DNA of 64,000 nt, from assembly GCA_024679065.1 (NCBI GenBank), contig JAGIQG010000006.1:125116001-125180000 (forward strand). The letters run 5' to 3'. The DNA comes from Sphyrna mokarran. Its lineage: Eukaryota. Positions 26,151 through 39,975 of the stretch are shown here, in pieces (positions within the stretch are counted from its first letter, which is position 1; each line of letters opens with the position of its first letter). Both the position numbers and the translations under genes were made by a program. The notes beneath the pieces were generated by a model. It had not been told where the DNA came from, did not search any database, and worked only from the letters and a program-made list of their open reading frames with translations.

Positions 26151-28007
26151 CTGTTTCCTATAACATCGTCAGTTCTGGCAGTGATCGCCAAGGGAGGTAG
26201 TGCCGTAGTGGTATTTATCACTGAGCTAGTAATCCAGAGACCCAGGTCAATGCTGTGGAGCGGGTTCAAATCCCACCATGGCAGCTGGTGAAATTTGAAC
26301 CCTCCATAAACAGGAGTTCATCCAAACCATCCATTACCCTGACTTACAAAAGCTTTCAATGAAGCAGCACCCTGTTTAAAAATTCTCGACCTGGATTTCA
26401 AATCCGTCAACACTCCCTATCTTTATAATTTCCTCCAGTCCCACAAACCCCCTGCAATAGATGTTCATCTAATTCAGGTATACTGCTGATCTTAATTGCT
26501 CCATCATTGGTGGTTCTGCCTTCGGAGTTTGTGGTGGTTTTTGTTTTCCCAGTATTTAGTTGGCGGAAATACTTGCTCATCCAGTAGAGGACTTCGGACG
26601 GAAGTCTGACAAGGATTGGGAAAAGATTTGGGAGTAGACTACTTGAGAGGCATGATAGGGAGAGAATGAGTTCAATGGAGGATAAAGAGAAAAGAAAGTG
26701 TGAAAGGGAGAAGAAGTGGAATGATCAAAGGCTGCGAACCCTGAGGCGAGTAACTCATCGCCTGACCACCCCCAAATTTGTCCAACATCTACAAGGCACA
26801 AGTCAAGAGTGTGATGAAATACCCTCCAGTTGCCTAGATAAGTGCAGCTCTGACAACACTCAAGAAACTCAAGACCATCCAGGACAAAGCTGCCCATATG
26901 ATCAGTGTACCATTGGCTACATTCAACCTTTTCAGTCTCTACCACTGATGCCCAGTAACTGCAGAATGTACCATCTACATTGCAATAACTCACCCTTCCT
27001 TCAACAGCATCTTCCAAGCCCATAACCTCAACGAGCTAGAAGGACAAGGGTAGTAGACACATGGGAACACCAACGCCGACAAGTTCCTTTCCAAGTCACT
27101 CACCATCTTGATTTGGATGTATATTGCCATTCCTTTACAGATGATGAGTTAAAATCCTTGAATTTCCTACACCATATGGGGAGCAGTGATTCAAGAAGGA
27201 AGCTTGCTATCACTTTCTCAGGGGAAATTAGGGATGAGTAAGAAATGCTGCCCTGGGCAGCAATGCTCCCAAGAATGAAGAGAAAAATTAGACATGCTGG
27301 GCTTGGATCCAGAGCAGCCATCAAAATGCATACATGCAGTCAAATGCTATCATGTGCACCGCCCAGGCTACACACATGCATGCCTGTAAAAGCACAGACC
27401 TGCTGGGTTTGTGCAGAATAACTCTGCTTTATTTCTCAAATTCCCCACCACCCCCATCAATGATACTGATGCTAATTGTGGTGCTTATGTGGCCACCTTG
27501 ATTGTGAGATTTGCATGTTGTGCAGGTGAATTGGTCCTTGTAAAATTGCCCCTTAGTGTCCAAAGATGAGTAACTTAGATGATTATCAGGTTTAATGTGT
27601 GGTGTTACTGGGATGGAGCAGGGCTGGGTCTGGGGAAAATAGTTTGTCAAAGAGTCGGTGCAGACCCAATGGGCTGAATGGCTTCCTTCTGCAATATATG
27701 ATTAAACAAGAGATTCCAGAACAGGACCAAAAATGTCACCGTAGTCTAAATGGTTCAACTGTAGACTGCTTACGGCGGAGGAGAAAGGATTTGACAACAT
27801 TATTACAGATACGCTTTCTCTGCCATTCAGTAATTTCAGTTTGACTTGATTTGATTTAATTTATTAGCATGCAGTGAAAAGTATTGTTTTTTTGTGTGCT
27901 ATACAGACCATTCAAAGAGCAGGAAACAAGAGTAGTATTACTGTCATGGCTAGGGTGTAGAGAAAGATAGACTTAACATGAGATAGATCCATTCAAATGT
28001 CTGACAT

Positions 28008-28625
28008 TGGCATGGTGGCACAGTGGTTAGCAGTGCTGCCTCACAGAGTCAGGGACTCAGGCTCAATTCCAAACTCGAGTCACTGCCTGTGTGGAGTTTG
28101 CCTTTTTTTCCCTGTGTCCGTGTGGGATTCCTCCACATCAACCTAATCCAAAGGTGTGTGGGTTAGGTTGCACCGACCACAATCCCACCTGGGTCCTATT
28201 CCCATGACGTCATGCATTTACCCTGCTAGCCCTCCTGAAACTAAGAGACAATTGTGCACAGCCAATCCACCTAACCCTCACATCATTGGACTCTGGAAGG
28301 AAACTGGAGCATCCAGAAGAAACCTATACAGACACGGGGAGAAAGTGCAAACTTGACAACGACAGCAACCTAAGCTGGGAATCAAACCCAGGTCCCTGGC
28401 ACTGTGAGGTAGTAATGCTAACCACTGTGCCACCGTGCCACAGTGAGAGTGGGTTTGGTTAGAAGAATACAATAGCAGACATCCAGAACCTTGGGATCAC
28501 ACTAAATTACCCTAGTGTCAGGGGGTAAATATGTGAGGTTATGGGGATCGGGCCTTGGTGGGATTATAGTCAGTACTGACTTAATGGGCTCAATGGCCTC
28601 CTTCTACACTGTTGGGATTCTATGT
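28008..28625. mobile_element. Nested V-SINEs: a minus-strand copy (~28172-28440) inside a plus-strand copy
   Basis: The plus copy breaks at ...gggttaggttg and its tail resumes at ~28500 (ctaaattaccctagtgtcagg). Confidence 0.7.
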
Positions 28626-29909
28626 ACAAGAGCAATGCACCTTTAAATCAGGAAAGGAATGCCTGTTTGAGTTATTTCTTACATGAAGTCATTAGTCTTG
28701 GCAAGCGGCCAACATAGAAAGCACAATACGTGCAGTCTGGAAGCTGTGTGTCCTGAGATTTCAAAACATATCTAAAAAAAAATCCCACTGGCTGCTTCTT
28801 ATCGGTGATATTTATTTAAGTTCTGCTTGTTTGTGTCACAATCGGATTTCATTTCAAGATTCAGAGTTGGAAAGTGTCAAATCATTTTGGAAATTTTTAT
28901 CCTGACATTTCACAGAAAGGGTGAGACGCAGGAATCTTTGAAAAATAAATATCCATCACCTGACAGCACAATTCTTTTGTTCCTTTCAACCCACAGACAT
29001 TTCTTACCACCTAAATCATCCAGTCTTCCTTCAGGTCAGGCTATTGGACTTGTCTCCTGCCTCGCCTAACACAAGCCAAGGGAAGCAATCTGTTCATATC
29101 CATCAAATAACAAAATACAGCGGAAATCTGAAATAAAATTAGAAAATGCTGGATAAACCCAGCAGGTCTGGTGGCATCTGTGGAGCAAAGAACAGAATTA
29201 ATGCTTCAAGTCCAGTCTGATGCTCCATCAGAACCGCCCTTTAGAAGGATCGTACTGACTCAAAAAATTAACACAGTTTCTCTCCACAAGTAATGCCAGA
29301 CCCACTGAGTTTATCCAGCATTTTCCATTTTTTATTTTTGTTCATATGCCTCAGATGGAAAGCATGACCCCAAGATTCTGGATGTCTGCCATTATAATTC
29401 TCCAAGCCAAATCCACATTCACTGCAGCATGGTAGCACAGTGGTTAGCAATGCTGCCTCACAGTGCCAGGGACCTGGGTTTGATTCCCAGCTTGGGTCGC
29501 TGTCTATGTGGAGTTTGCACATTCCCCCTCCTGTCTGCATGGGTTTCCTTCGGGTGCTCCAGTTTCTTCCCATAGTCTGAAGATGTGCAGTTTAGGTGGA
29601 TTGGCCATGCTAAATTCCCCTTAGTGTCAGAGGGTCTAGCCAGGTAAAAACATAGGGTTATAGGGATAGAGTCTGAGTAGTATTGTGGTCGGTGCAGACC
29701 TGATGGGCAAAATTGACATGTTTTGCACTGTAGGATTCTATGATTCTTTGTCCTCAGCCTCCCATGTCCCTCCAATGAAGCTCTAAGAAACAACACCACT
29801 TTTTTTGATTCCGTACTGTATAGCCTTCAGACTCAAAATTGAGTTAACAATTTCACACCATAACCAGTTTTCATTTAGCAGTTGTTGGTGGTGATTCCAT
29901 TGTCGTCAT

Positions 29910-30929
29910 TGTTAATGTCCCGGACCAAAACCCCATGTTATATAATGAAGCCAGACTAGACCCTGATAATTCTTTTAATTGGCATAAACATGAGGAGAGG
30001 CCTTTTCACCCCAGGAGTAATTCCACTGACAAATTGGGGATGTTTTATAGTGAAACAAACTTAATAACAATTTAACCATAATGCTAATAAGTAAAGCAGT
30101 TTAATCATCAACAGTTGAACTATATTTAAAATGAAAGGAAGCAACTTTAGTTTCTAGCTTATTTTATTTATTTAACTAGTCACAAGTAGGCTTACATTAA
30201 CACTGCAATGAAGTTACTGTGAAAATTCCTTAGTCACCACATTCCAGTGCCTGTTTAGGTCAATGCATCTAATCAGCATATCTTTCAGACTGTGGGAGTA
30301 AAAACTGGAACACATGGAGAAACCTGCACCAACATAGGGAGGATTGCAAACTCCACATAGACAGTGACCCAAGCCAGGAATTGAACCCATGTCCCTGCAC
30401 TGTGAGGCAGCAGTGCTAACCTCTGTGCCATTATACAGCCCCATGACTGTTCTAGTTCCAAATAAACCCCATTCATGATTAGGTCAAAACAATTTTCAAA
30501 TAAATACAGTTAGCAAACCCAGGCATATTTGCTATAAATCATGTTAACAGTCTCGAATCTGTCAGAGAGAGATCAGGTATTAGAAGCCTAAAAAAACCTT
30601 CAAACTTCAAACAGGCTTCAGCTGCAAGTAACTACTTTCTGCAAAAGTTTTTTTCCCCTCTGCTATGGACCCAGCACTTCGTTTTAACCACATCATTACA
30701 TGACGCTGCCAGCCACTATAATCAGAATTCCCAGGGGAAGTTAAGTAAATGAAAGTCCATTAACTCTAATTAAAATAGCCACTTGAAAACTTAAAGTAAG
30801 TAATTATCCTATTTCCCAGCCTCTGAATTGCATTTCTCCCAGACATACTGACTACTTGTAGAATAAAGATGAATTTTTAAACATTCCCCTTAAACATAAA
30901 TATAAATATATATATATATCTCTGTAACA
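29910..30929 (-). mobile_element. Probable solo LTR with a V-SINE inserted at ~30160-30432
   Basis: TG...CA ends (tgttaatgtccc...ctctgtaaca) and similarity to 33420-34116. No clear target-site duplication. Confidence 0.5.
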
Positions 30930-31079
30930 ATTACACTATTATCACCTCTTCTAAACTCATGTTTTATTCCTTTACTTGCCTCATTGTCATCCCCTTGCAT
31001 CTTGCACCAACATCCTTTTTGTCTTTCAATCTCTGTGACAAGCTACATAAAATGTTATCATTCATTCTGAGGTGAATTG

Positions 31080-31800
31080 AAAACAAAAGTAGAGAGGTTA
31101 TCTTTCAGTTATACAGGAAATTGTTGAGTGCTATGCATAGTATTGCTTATTAAATGCAGGATGTAAATACATTAGAAGAAGTTTAAAGAAAGTTTACTAG
31201 ACTCTTAACTGGAATGTTATGAGAAAAGATTGGATAACTAGACTTACTGGTGTTTAGAAGGTGATTTCATTGAAATAAATAAGATCCTATGAAGGTCTTG
31301 GCAAAGCGGATGTGGAGAGGATGTTTCCTCTTGTGGGAGAATCTAGAACAAGAAGTCATTGTTTCAAAATAAGGGGTTGCCCATTTAGGACAGAAACGAT
31401 GAGAATCTTTTTCTTTCCGAGGCTTGTGAGTCTTTGGAATTCTCTGCCAATGTATTTTTAAGCACAGTGTGTAGCAATTACCTTGTGAAGGGAATTGCTA
31501 GATAAACATATAGTCCTAAAAAGAGACTGCTGGAAAACTTTAGGGGAAGAGCTTCTTGTAGGTTAGTAGCGCTGAGGAAATGTCTTATAATAAATTGGCT
31601 TGAACCTAAAAGACCAGTCTGGATTGATTCTTCCATCACAGCCATTGCAAGTAACACTCTCTTCCTTAAAAGGCAGTGGAAACAGAGCACTTGAATTCTC
31701 TTGGGATAGAGCCAGATGGCTTCTTGATAAGCAAGGGGATGAAAGTTATTGGGGTATGCGGGAATGTGTAGCTGAAGTTACAATCAGATCCATTCAAGCT
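31080..31800 (+). mobile_element. Degenerate CR1-type LINE fragment
   Basis: gatgtggagaggatgtttcctcttgtgggagaatctagaac...aataaggggttgcccatttaggacaga CR1 tail. Confidence 0.75.
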
Positions 31801-33419
31801 TGACCTGAGCTTCTGGTCTGCAGCCATTTTAATTTTTTCACTCTGCTCTTTCTATCCTTGACCTGTTGCACTTCTCCTGTGAAGCTCACAGTGTGCCCAG
31901 GGAATGTCACTTCACCTTTAGACTTGGCACTTTGCAACTTTTCGTATTGAACCCTGAGTTCAATAACTACAGAACATAACCTCTGCCCCAGTTTTTTGGT
32001 TGGCAACTGTTTGTCATTATACTGCTTTTTCTACTTACACCTCATAGAATCATAGAATCCTACAGTGCAGAAGAAGGCCATTTGGCCCATTGGGTCTGCA
32101 CTGACCACAATCCCACCCAGATCCTATCTCCATAATCCCATGCATTTACTCTAGTCACTCCCTCTGAAGCTAAGGGGCAATTTATCATGGCCAATCCACC
32201 TAACCTGCACTTCTTTGGACTGTGGGAGGAAACAAGAGCACCGAAGGAAATCCAAATGAACACAGGGAGAACATCCAAACTCCACATAGACAGTTACCCA
32301 AGTCTGGAATCGAACCTGGGTCCCTGGTGTTATGAGGAGCCACCGTGTTGCCCTAGACTTAACTTTTCTTCTTGTCCCACCATCATTCCCCTCTGCCTTA
32401 CACCTTTTAACATTTAATCTCTCTTGGCGTCCACCCTATCACCCTTTTCTTTTGCTCTTTCCTTCCCTCCCCCCTTCTGCTATCTCTGTATTTGTTTCAA
32501 ACCTGCTACACCTCTAACTTACCCGATTTCTGATGAAAGATCATCACCTTGAAACATTAGCTCTGCTTCTTCTTCTACAGAAGCTGTCTGGCCTGTTGAA
32601 TATTTGCTGCCCATACCATGTATGCACAGTTGGATGCTGATGATAAACCCAGATTAGCAGCCACCGTTTTTCTAGGGACTATATGTACTGGGACTCATTC
32701 ATGGTCATATAAGTTATTCATTCTACATTTTCCATTTTGTTTGTTTCATTGTTAAGCTTTCAGTGTTACAATCAGATTCATCATGAAATTCAAAGCTTTT
32801 TTTGTGTCATTGGTTTTATCATCATCAGAGCCTGTGGAGGAAGCTCATAACACCTTCAGGTTTTTGCTGGCACTGTGTCTGCTGTCAATAATATGACTGG
32901 TTTCTGCACATGCATGATAAGTGCACAGACCGGCAAGAGTGGCCATCTTGTTTTGACATGTTAAATATGTCCAACACTTCCTATTTTCATTTCACCGAAA
33001 CAAATTTTCTGAGCATTACTCCATTACTGCTTGTGGGATCTTATTGTGAACAAGTTGGCTGCTACATTTCTTGCATTAAAACAGTGACTACACTTCAACA
33101 GTACTTCATTGACTATAAGATATATTTGGACCTCCTGAGTTTGTGAAAGGTGTGATAGAAATGTAAGTCTTTCTTTTTCAATTAGATGTTATTTGTTATC
33201 TGATAAAGTGGTTGTGTAAGAGTGGGATTAAACTAGATTCTAATTTCTTAAAGGAAAACTTCTCTTTTATATATGATTTCCAACATTCTTTCCATCCAAT
33301 ACTGCTGCCATTGTTTGAGAGATTGTGTGAGATCTATGTTTGTGTTGGGGAGGGGAGTACAAGGTCAGAAATTCCAAGATATATTGTGAAGTTACATGAA
33401 ATCAACTATTTTCTATTTT

Positions 33420-34116
33420 GACATGAGGATATGGTGTTTCACTCTGGGTGTGATTCCATTGACACAGTCAGAAGCTTTATCAAAACAAACTTTATTTAAC
33501 AATACAGTTTAATTATTAAAGAAATGAATTAGCTTAACATTTAGCAATTGAACAATACTTAAGCATGACAAGATACAGTTCTTAACTGCTAACCATTTCA
33601 ATTGGTTCCAATTCAAGCAACATTCCTTTTATAGACTTAAACACCTCTTCAAAATGAGATAGTAACACACAGGCTTATATGCTTGGACTTGTTAACAGTC
33701 CTAGAGCCTTTTGAACACGTCTGGAGAGACAGAGAAAGAGAGACAGACCTGTTTTCTGAGAGCTCAAAATAGAAGTCTCCAGAGAGAGACACATCCTGCC
33801 TTATTCAGAACTAGCCAGTAACTGCCGCATTTCCATAAAAGCTTGGCACCTCCCTTTATCACAATAACTATCTCTATCAATCAACCTAATCAAAACTTAC
33901 ACTGAAACCTCTGGGGATAAACAAATAAACAACAAATGCATTAACTCAGATTAAAACAAACACACCTCTGGCTAAAATCAATTATTAACCTGAATTCTCA
34001 GTATATGAGCTGCCTGGTTTGCAGACAAATCAGCACCATGTAAAACTGAGCTGAATTTTAAACATACCCCTCACACGAAACAAGATATGAATACATTCCT
34101 TAAAAGTATCATCACA
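33420..34116 (-). mobile_element. Second copy of the probable LTR family
   Basis: acatgagga...ttcac...attcca.tgaca...aaacaaactt block shared with ~29988-30065; ends ...atcatcaca. Confidence 0.5.
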
Positions 34117-35977
34117 TTTGTTGCATTCATTTTGGTCTATTTTTTAAAAGTATTTGTTATCTCATTATCATGCACCATTCTCTAGCCAAGAAAGCTCAGC
34201 AACGTGACTCATCTTGTGGTCTCTGCCAACAATATTTAATAGAATTGTTAAAAATTGAGAGATATCGATAGCACAATTAAGGAAAAACTGTTTACAGTGA
34301 TGGGGAAGTAGGGAGTTGTGTGGGCGGTAGCAGAGTCGGGGGAGAGATGGCAGCAAGGCTATGTAGTCACCAGAAGATACTAATTAAAGAAAATAGATAA
34401 AAAGAATCAGTGAGTGAAAAAAGTGAGAATTTTTCTTACACGGCGAATTGTGATCTGGTGCATGCTACCTGAAAGGACGCTGGAGACTGATTCAATAGGA
34501 TCTTGAAAAACAGAACTGGGTCTCTACTTAAAAAAGGAATGCTTTGAGGGACTTTGGAGAACAGGCAGGGGAATAAGCAGCTAACTCATTCAAACGTGAC
34601 ACAGGAGCAATGGGCTGAATGCCCACTTGCAACGCTGTCTTATTCTATGAATCAAATGTCAAGATTAGTAGGGAGGGACAGAAAATCAGAATAACAGTCG
34701 TGTTGCCTTATCTTCAAGGCTCCTTATAATCCTTGGCTAAGACTCAGAGGTTAATTATCTGTCCTCTCCAGCAGAGAAGTTTATGACAAAGAGTCCAAAC
34801 TTGGAAGAAGAGATTAACTGAGAGAAAAATAAATACATCCTATAAAAAGAACATTCTAATAATATCTGATAAATATAGGCACGTAAATCACAGTTTCTCA
34901 GAGTGAATTTGGAACTCAAACATTTTAAGGGTTATGATGGAACAAAAGTACTTATGGTTAAAAAAAGATATTAAACTCAGTTTTCCTACTGTGTGAGAAC
35001 ATATTGAAGCTGTGTACATAAAGACCACCCACCCAGTGTCCAAATTCCTGCTGGAGTTAGTTTAAAATTGTGAAGACTTTGCAGCAAATAAACTGGTCAT
35101 TCGGCCCACAGATCTGCATTGGTGTGATGTACGTCTGAAGTAGTGCAAAGATATAGATTTTTCCTGGTTGAGATGGCACTGTGGCACAGTGTTTAGCACT
35201 GCTGCCTCACAGCCCCAGGGTTTGATTCCTGGCTTGGATCACTGTCTGTATGCATTCTGTTCTGCATTTGGATGCGTTTCCTCTGGGTGCTCCGGTTTCC
35301 TCTCACAATCTGAAAAATATGCTGGTCAAGTGGATTGACTATGCTAAATTCTCCCTCAGTATACCTGAACAGGCGCTGGAGTGTGGCGACCATGGGATTT
35401 TCACAGTAACTTCATTGCAGTGTTAATGTAAGCCTACTTGTGACATCAATAAATAAACTTTAACTTTGATGTTTATGTTCCACACATTTTTCCCACCCCA
35501 TTTCATCTCACTCCATCAACGATCTTTTTCTATTTTCCCTCATACATTTATCTAGTTTCCTTCTAAACACATCTCTGCTATTCTCTGCGATAGTGAGTTC
35601 CACATTCCAACTATTCTCTAGATAAAGAGATTTCTGCAGAATTCTAGTCCCCTATCTTAATATCTTTCCATGTGGCCCAGTGTCAAATTCTGTCTCTGAA
35701 GTCGCCTGGGACGTTTTGTTAAATGTTGTATGAATGCAAGTTAGAACATAGATCAGTACAGCACAAATACCACAGGCCAATGATGATGTGCCAAACATGA
35801 TGCCAAATTCAACTAATCCCTTCTGCCTATATAGGGGTCATATCCCTATATTCCTTGCACATTTGTGCGCTTATCTAAAAGCCCCTTAAAGACCCTTATT
35901 GTATCTGCCTGCATTACCACCCCTGTCCAGTGTATTCCAGATATCTACCACTCGCTGTGTAAAAAAATTTGGTAAAA

Positions 35978-36300
35978 GTCTCACAACACCAGGTTAAAGT
36001 CCAACAGATTTATTTGGTAGCAAATGCCACTAGCTTTGCCCCTTCGCTACATGAGTGGGGAGTTCTAATCACAAACAGGGCATATAAAGACATACACGCA
36101 GTTTACAGAATATTGTAAATACTCAGTATTCTGTAAAGTGTGTGTGCCTTTATATGCCCTATTTGTGATCAGAACTCCCCACTTATCTGACAAAGGGGCA
36201 AAGCCGCGAAAGCTAGTGGTGTTTGCTACCAAATAAACCTATTGGACTTTAACCTGGTGTTGTGAGACGTCTTACTGTGTTTACCCCAGTCCAACATCAT
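35978..36300. mobile_element. Penelope-like fold-back element (~135-bp inverted arms) inserted in a LINE fragment
   Basis: gtctcacaacaccaggttaaagtccaac... is mirrored by ...ttggactttaacctggtgttgtgagac, with a 14-nt spacer at ~36113-36126. Confidence 0.85.
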
Positions 36301-39300
36301 CATCTCAATATTAAAAAAACTTGCCTCTCACATCTCCTTTGAACTTTCCCCCTCTCACCTTATGTCCATTGCCCCCGAGTATTAGACATTTTAACTCTGG
36401 GAAAAAGGTTCTGACTATCAACCATACCTATGCCTCTCATAATTGAACAGACTTCTATGTTGTTGTAATGCTATAACTCATTTGATAAGTTTACTGAGGT
36501 GGTGAAGCAAAATAGTCCAAGTCTTCTAATTTAGTAAACAGAATTAGTATCTAGCATGGGACCAAGAAAAGCACGTATTAGGTTAGAAATTCACTTTTGG
36601 CAGGAATATGGAATGGGCTTGTATTGATCTTCTATCTGAAGTATTTTGTGTCAAACCACAACTGCTGCCTTCATGGGATGTGGGCATTTCTGGCAAGGCC
36701 AGCATTTGCTTCTCATCCCTAATTGCTCTTGAACTAAGTGACTTGCTGGGCTATTTCAGAGGGTGATTGAGAGTCATCCATATTGCTGTAGCTCTGGAGG
36801 TACATGTAGGCCAGAGCAGGTAAGGATGGCAGATTTCTTTCCCTGAAGGGAAACAGTGAACCAGATGCATTTTTACGACAATCAATTACAGTTTCATGGT
36901 CATCATTAAATCCTACAGTGCAGAAGGAGGCCATTCAGCCCATCAAGTCTGCAACGACTCTGAGCATTTTATCCAGCCTCTATCCCCGTAACCTCATATA
37001 TTTATCCACATATTTACCCCGCTAACCTCTTCTCCCTTCATATTACTAGATTTATACCCAGAATTATTTATTTAAATTTTACCAGCTTCCATGGAGGTCT
37101 CAGAGGATTAACTGCAGGATCTGTGTGCAGTTAACCAGTTTCCTCCAGTTTCTCATAATCTTTTCTTTAAAAAAAGTGCCAATTTTGAGTCAGAATCTAA
37201 ACCAATTTAATTGTAAAGCTCTGAAACATATTTATAAATTTAGCAGTGGGACTAATCCTTGAGTCAATTGAATACAAATGCTGAGACTTGTACCCATTTT
37301 ATGCCCTCACAGATGGTGCATAAGTGCACCAGTTTCCACACCTGAACCTGAAATGGGGGATAAACTCAAAGATCCTCTAAATGCATTTACTGATGTAGCC
37401 TCTGCAACATACAATTTCATTCTTTGAATTTGAAACACTATAAAGAACGCACCTTAAATTGTTGTCAAATGGAGGAGCAGACTGGGACCCAGAGTGTGCA
37501 GTCCTGTGTTAGTGGCACATACACTTTTTATAAAGTCAGCTCAGAAGAATTAGGTGCTTTCTTAACAAATTGGTGATAGTGCCATCAGCTCACGTCACTG
37601 GAGCTTTGCTTAGATTGGCTATGAGCTAAACAGGACATAGTCAGACGAGTTGACCATTCTGTCAGCCTCTTCCTGTATGAATGAACAGAAGTACTTTTAG
37701 AGCAGGCTGCCTGGACCACAGCCAATGGTATGATTGCAGCTTTTCACATACAAACAACACTACAGCAGATACCTTTCTTGTTCACAGTCTGGGGAGGTTG
37801 AAGAACTCTTGTGTTGCAGTTTTTTTCTGCACTTAAAGGGAGCTATGTATACAGGAGCAGCCAATTAAATCCTTAAAGGACCTTCATTAAACTTTTTCGT
37901 TTAATCGCTTCTGTATGTTTGCGAAAGCATGTGTGGAGCACAAACTGAAGTAAAGTTTACTTATTTGTCATAAGTAAGGCTTATATTTCCACTGCAATGA
38001 AATTACTGTGAAATTCCCCTAGTCACGACACTCCGGCACCTGTTCAGGTCAATGCACTCAACCAGCACATCCTTCAGACTGTGGCAGGGAACCACAGCAC
38101 CCAGAGGAAACCCACACTGACATGGGGAGAACGCGCAAACTCCACACAGACAGTGACCCAACCTGGGAATCAAACCCAGCTTCCTGATGCTGTGAGGCAG
38201 CAATGTGAACCACTGTGCTGCCCTCATGTGATTTTGTGGTTCCTCATCCACAACAAGAAAAGGAAGGAAAATAGGAAAGACAAAAGGAGAGAGGGACGGG
38301 GTGACTGGCTCACATTTCCACAGTACCATGCACAACCTTAGATCCTTACAGTCAATGCAGCAGTTTTGAACTGTAGTCACTGTTGGAATGTAGGGAGTGG
38401 GGCAGCTGATTTGCACACAACGAATTCTTACAAACAACAAAAAAGAATATAATAATATAAGAACTAGGAGCTGGAATAGACCATCTGGCCCTTCGAGACT
38501 CCTTTGCTGATCCTCTATCGTAACTCCACCTTCCCATGCTATACTGTATCCTTCAATTCCCTGTATATCCAAAAATCCAACCACCTGACTTTTTTTGCCT
38601 GTTGGGGGTGGTACTCTGTGAGTGCTGAAGTGGGCGCAAAATGCACTCCAGGTTGTGGTTGGCCCTGGCACATGATTTCAGCCTGATACACGCAGTGTGA
38701 AGATCTGAGCACTGCCAGAGAGGGCAGGAAGACGGCATATGCCAAGGAAAAGGGAGGATGTGGGCTGATGTTTTCGATTTGCTTCCTCAGGGGCGATGCT
38801 GTCTCAATGAGCTGTGTCCTGTGAAAAGTAAATATCAAAGGGAAAAACTACGTCATGTGTGTCTGGGCTGCACAGTCATAGACAGACTTCAATCCTCAGA
38901 CACATTCATTAATTTTAATCCACAATGGATCAAGGTTGCGGCTTAAACATAAAGGCCACCTGGCAAGCCAGCTCCACCATTCAGTAAGATCATGGCTGAT
39001 CTGATTGTGGTCTCAGCTGCACTTACCTGTCTGTTCCTCACATAATTCTTGACTCCTGTGTCGATTAAAAATTTGTCTAATACAACCTATAAGAGAGAAA
39101 AAAAAAATCTCCTCATCTCCATCTTCAGGGAGCCTTCTTATTATTAAAATCTGTAAATCCCCTAGTTTTGGTCTCCCCATAGTAGGAAACATTCTCCACC
39201 CTATCAAACCCCCTCAGGTTCTTATATGTTTCAATAAGATCCATCTCATTCTTCTAACCTCCAGTGGATATTGGCCCAACTTGTTCAACTTTTCTTCATA

Positions 39301-39351
39301 AACATTTCAGGAATGAAGTGGCTCAACTTTCTCTGAACATTTTCTCTTGAA

Positions 39352-39975
39352 TCATAGAATTCCTACAGTGCAGAAGGAGGCCATTAAGCCCATTGAGCCT
39401 GCACTGACCACAATCCCACCCAAGCTTTATCGCCAAAACCTCATGCATTTACCCTAGCTAGTCCCCCTGATTTAGCATTTTAGCATGATCAATTCCACTT
39501 AACCTGCACGTCTTTCAATTGTGGAAGGAACCCGAAGCACTTGGAGAAAACCACACAGACACGAGGAGAATGTGCAAACTCCACACAGACAGTGGCCCAA
39601 CCCGGGTCCCTGGCATTGTGAGTCAGCAATGCTAACTACTGCACCACCATGTCATCCTATCATAATTATGACCTTTTTCAAAAAAAAGAGAGCAAAACTC
39701 AACCAGCATAATAGCACAGTGGTTCGCATTGCTGTTTCACAGTGTTAGGTACCCAGGTTTGATTCCTGACTTGGGTCACTGTCTGTGTGGAGTTTCTATG
39801 TTTTTCCTGTGACTGCGTGGCTTTCCTTCAGATGCTCCAGTTTCCTCCCACATTTTGAAAACATGCTGATTGGGTGCATTGAACAGGCTCCGTACTTTGG
39901 TGACTAGGGGAATTTCACAGTAACTTCATTGCAGTGTTAATGTAAACCTTACACGTGACTAATAAATAAATAAAG
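39352..39975. mobile_element. Head-to-head V-SINE pair (- type A, + type B)
   Basis: SINE consensus on both strands. Confidence 0.8.

Noticed and set aside
24600-26200. Long Cys/His-rich ORFs (428, 521 and 358 aa; CLHCCHCTGPC repeats) resembling a metallothionein-like protein
   Set aside because: Artefact of the minisatellite. The 49-bp unit has no stop on the plus strand and 49 mod 3 = 1, so all frames cycle through the same peptides. The ORFs begin at non-ATG codons, and indels between units ignore frame.
28727-28732. TACGTG hypoxia-response element upstream of ACO1
   Set aside because: A single 6-mer, expected by chance, with no supporting context.
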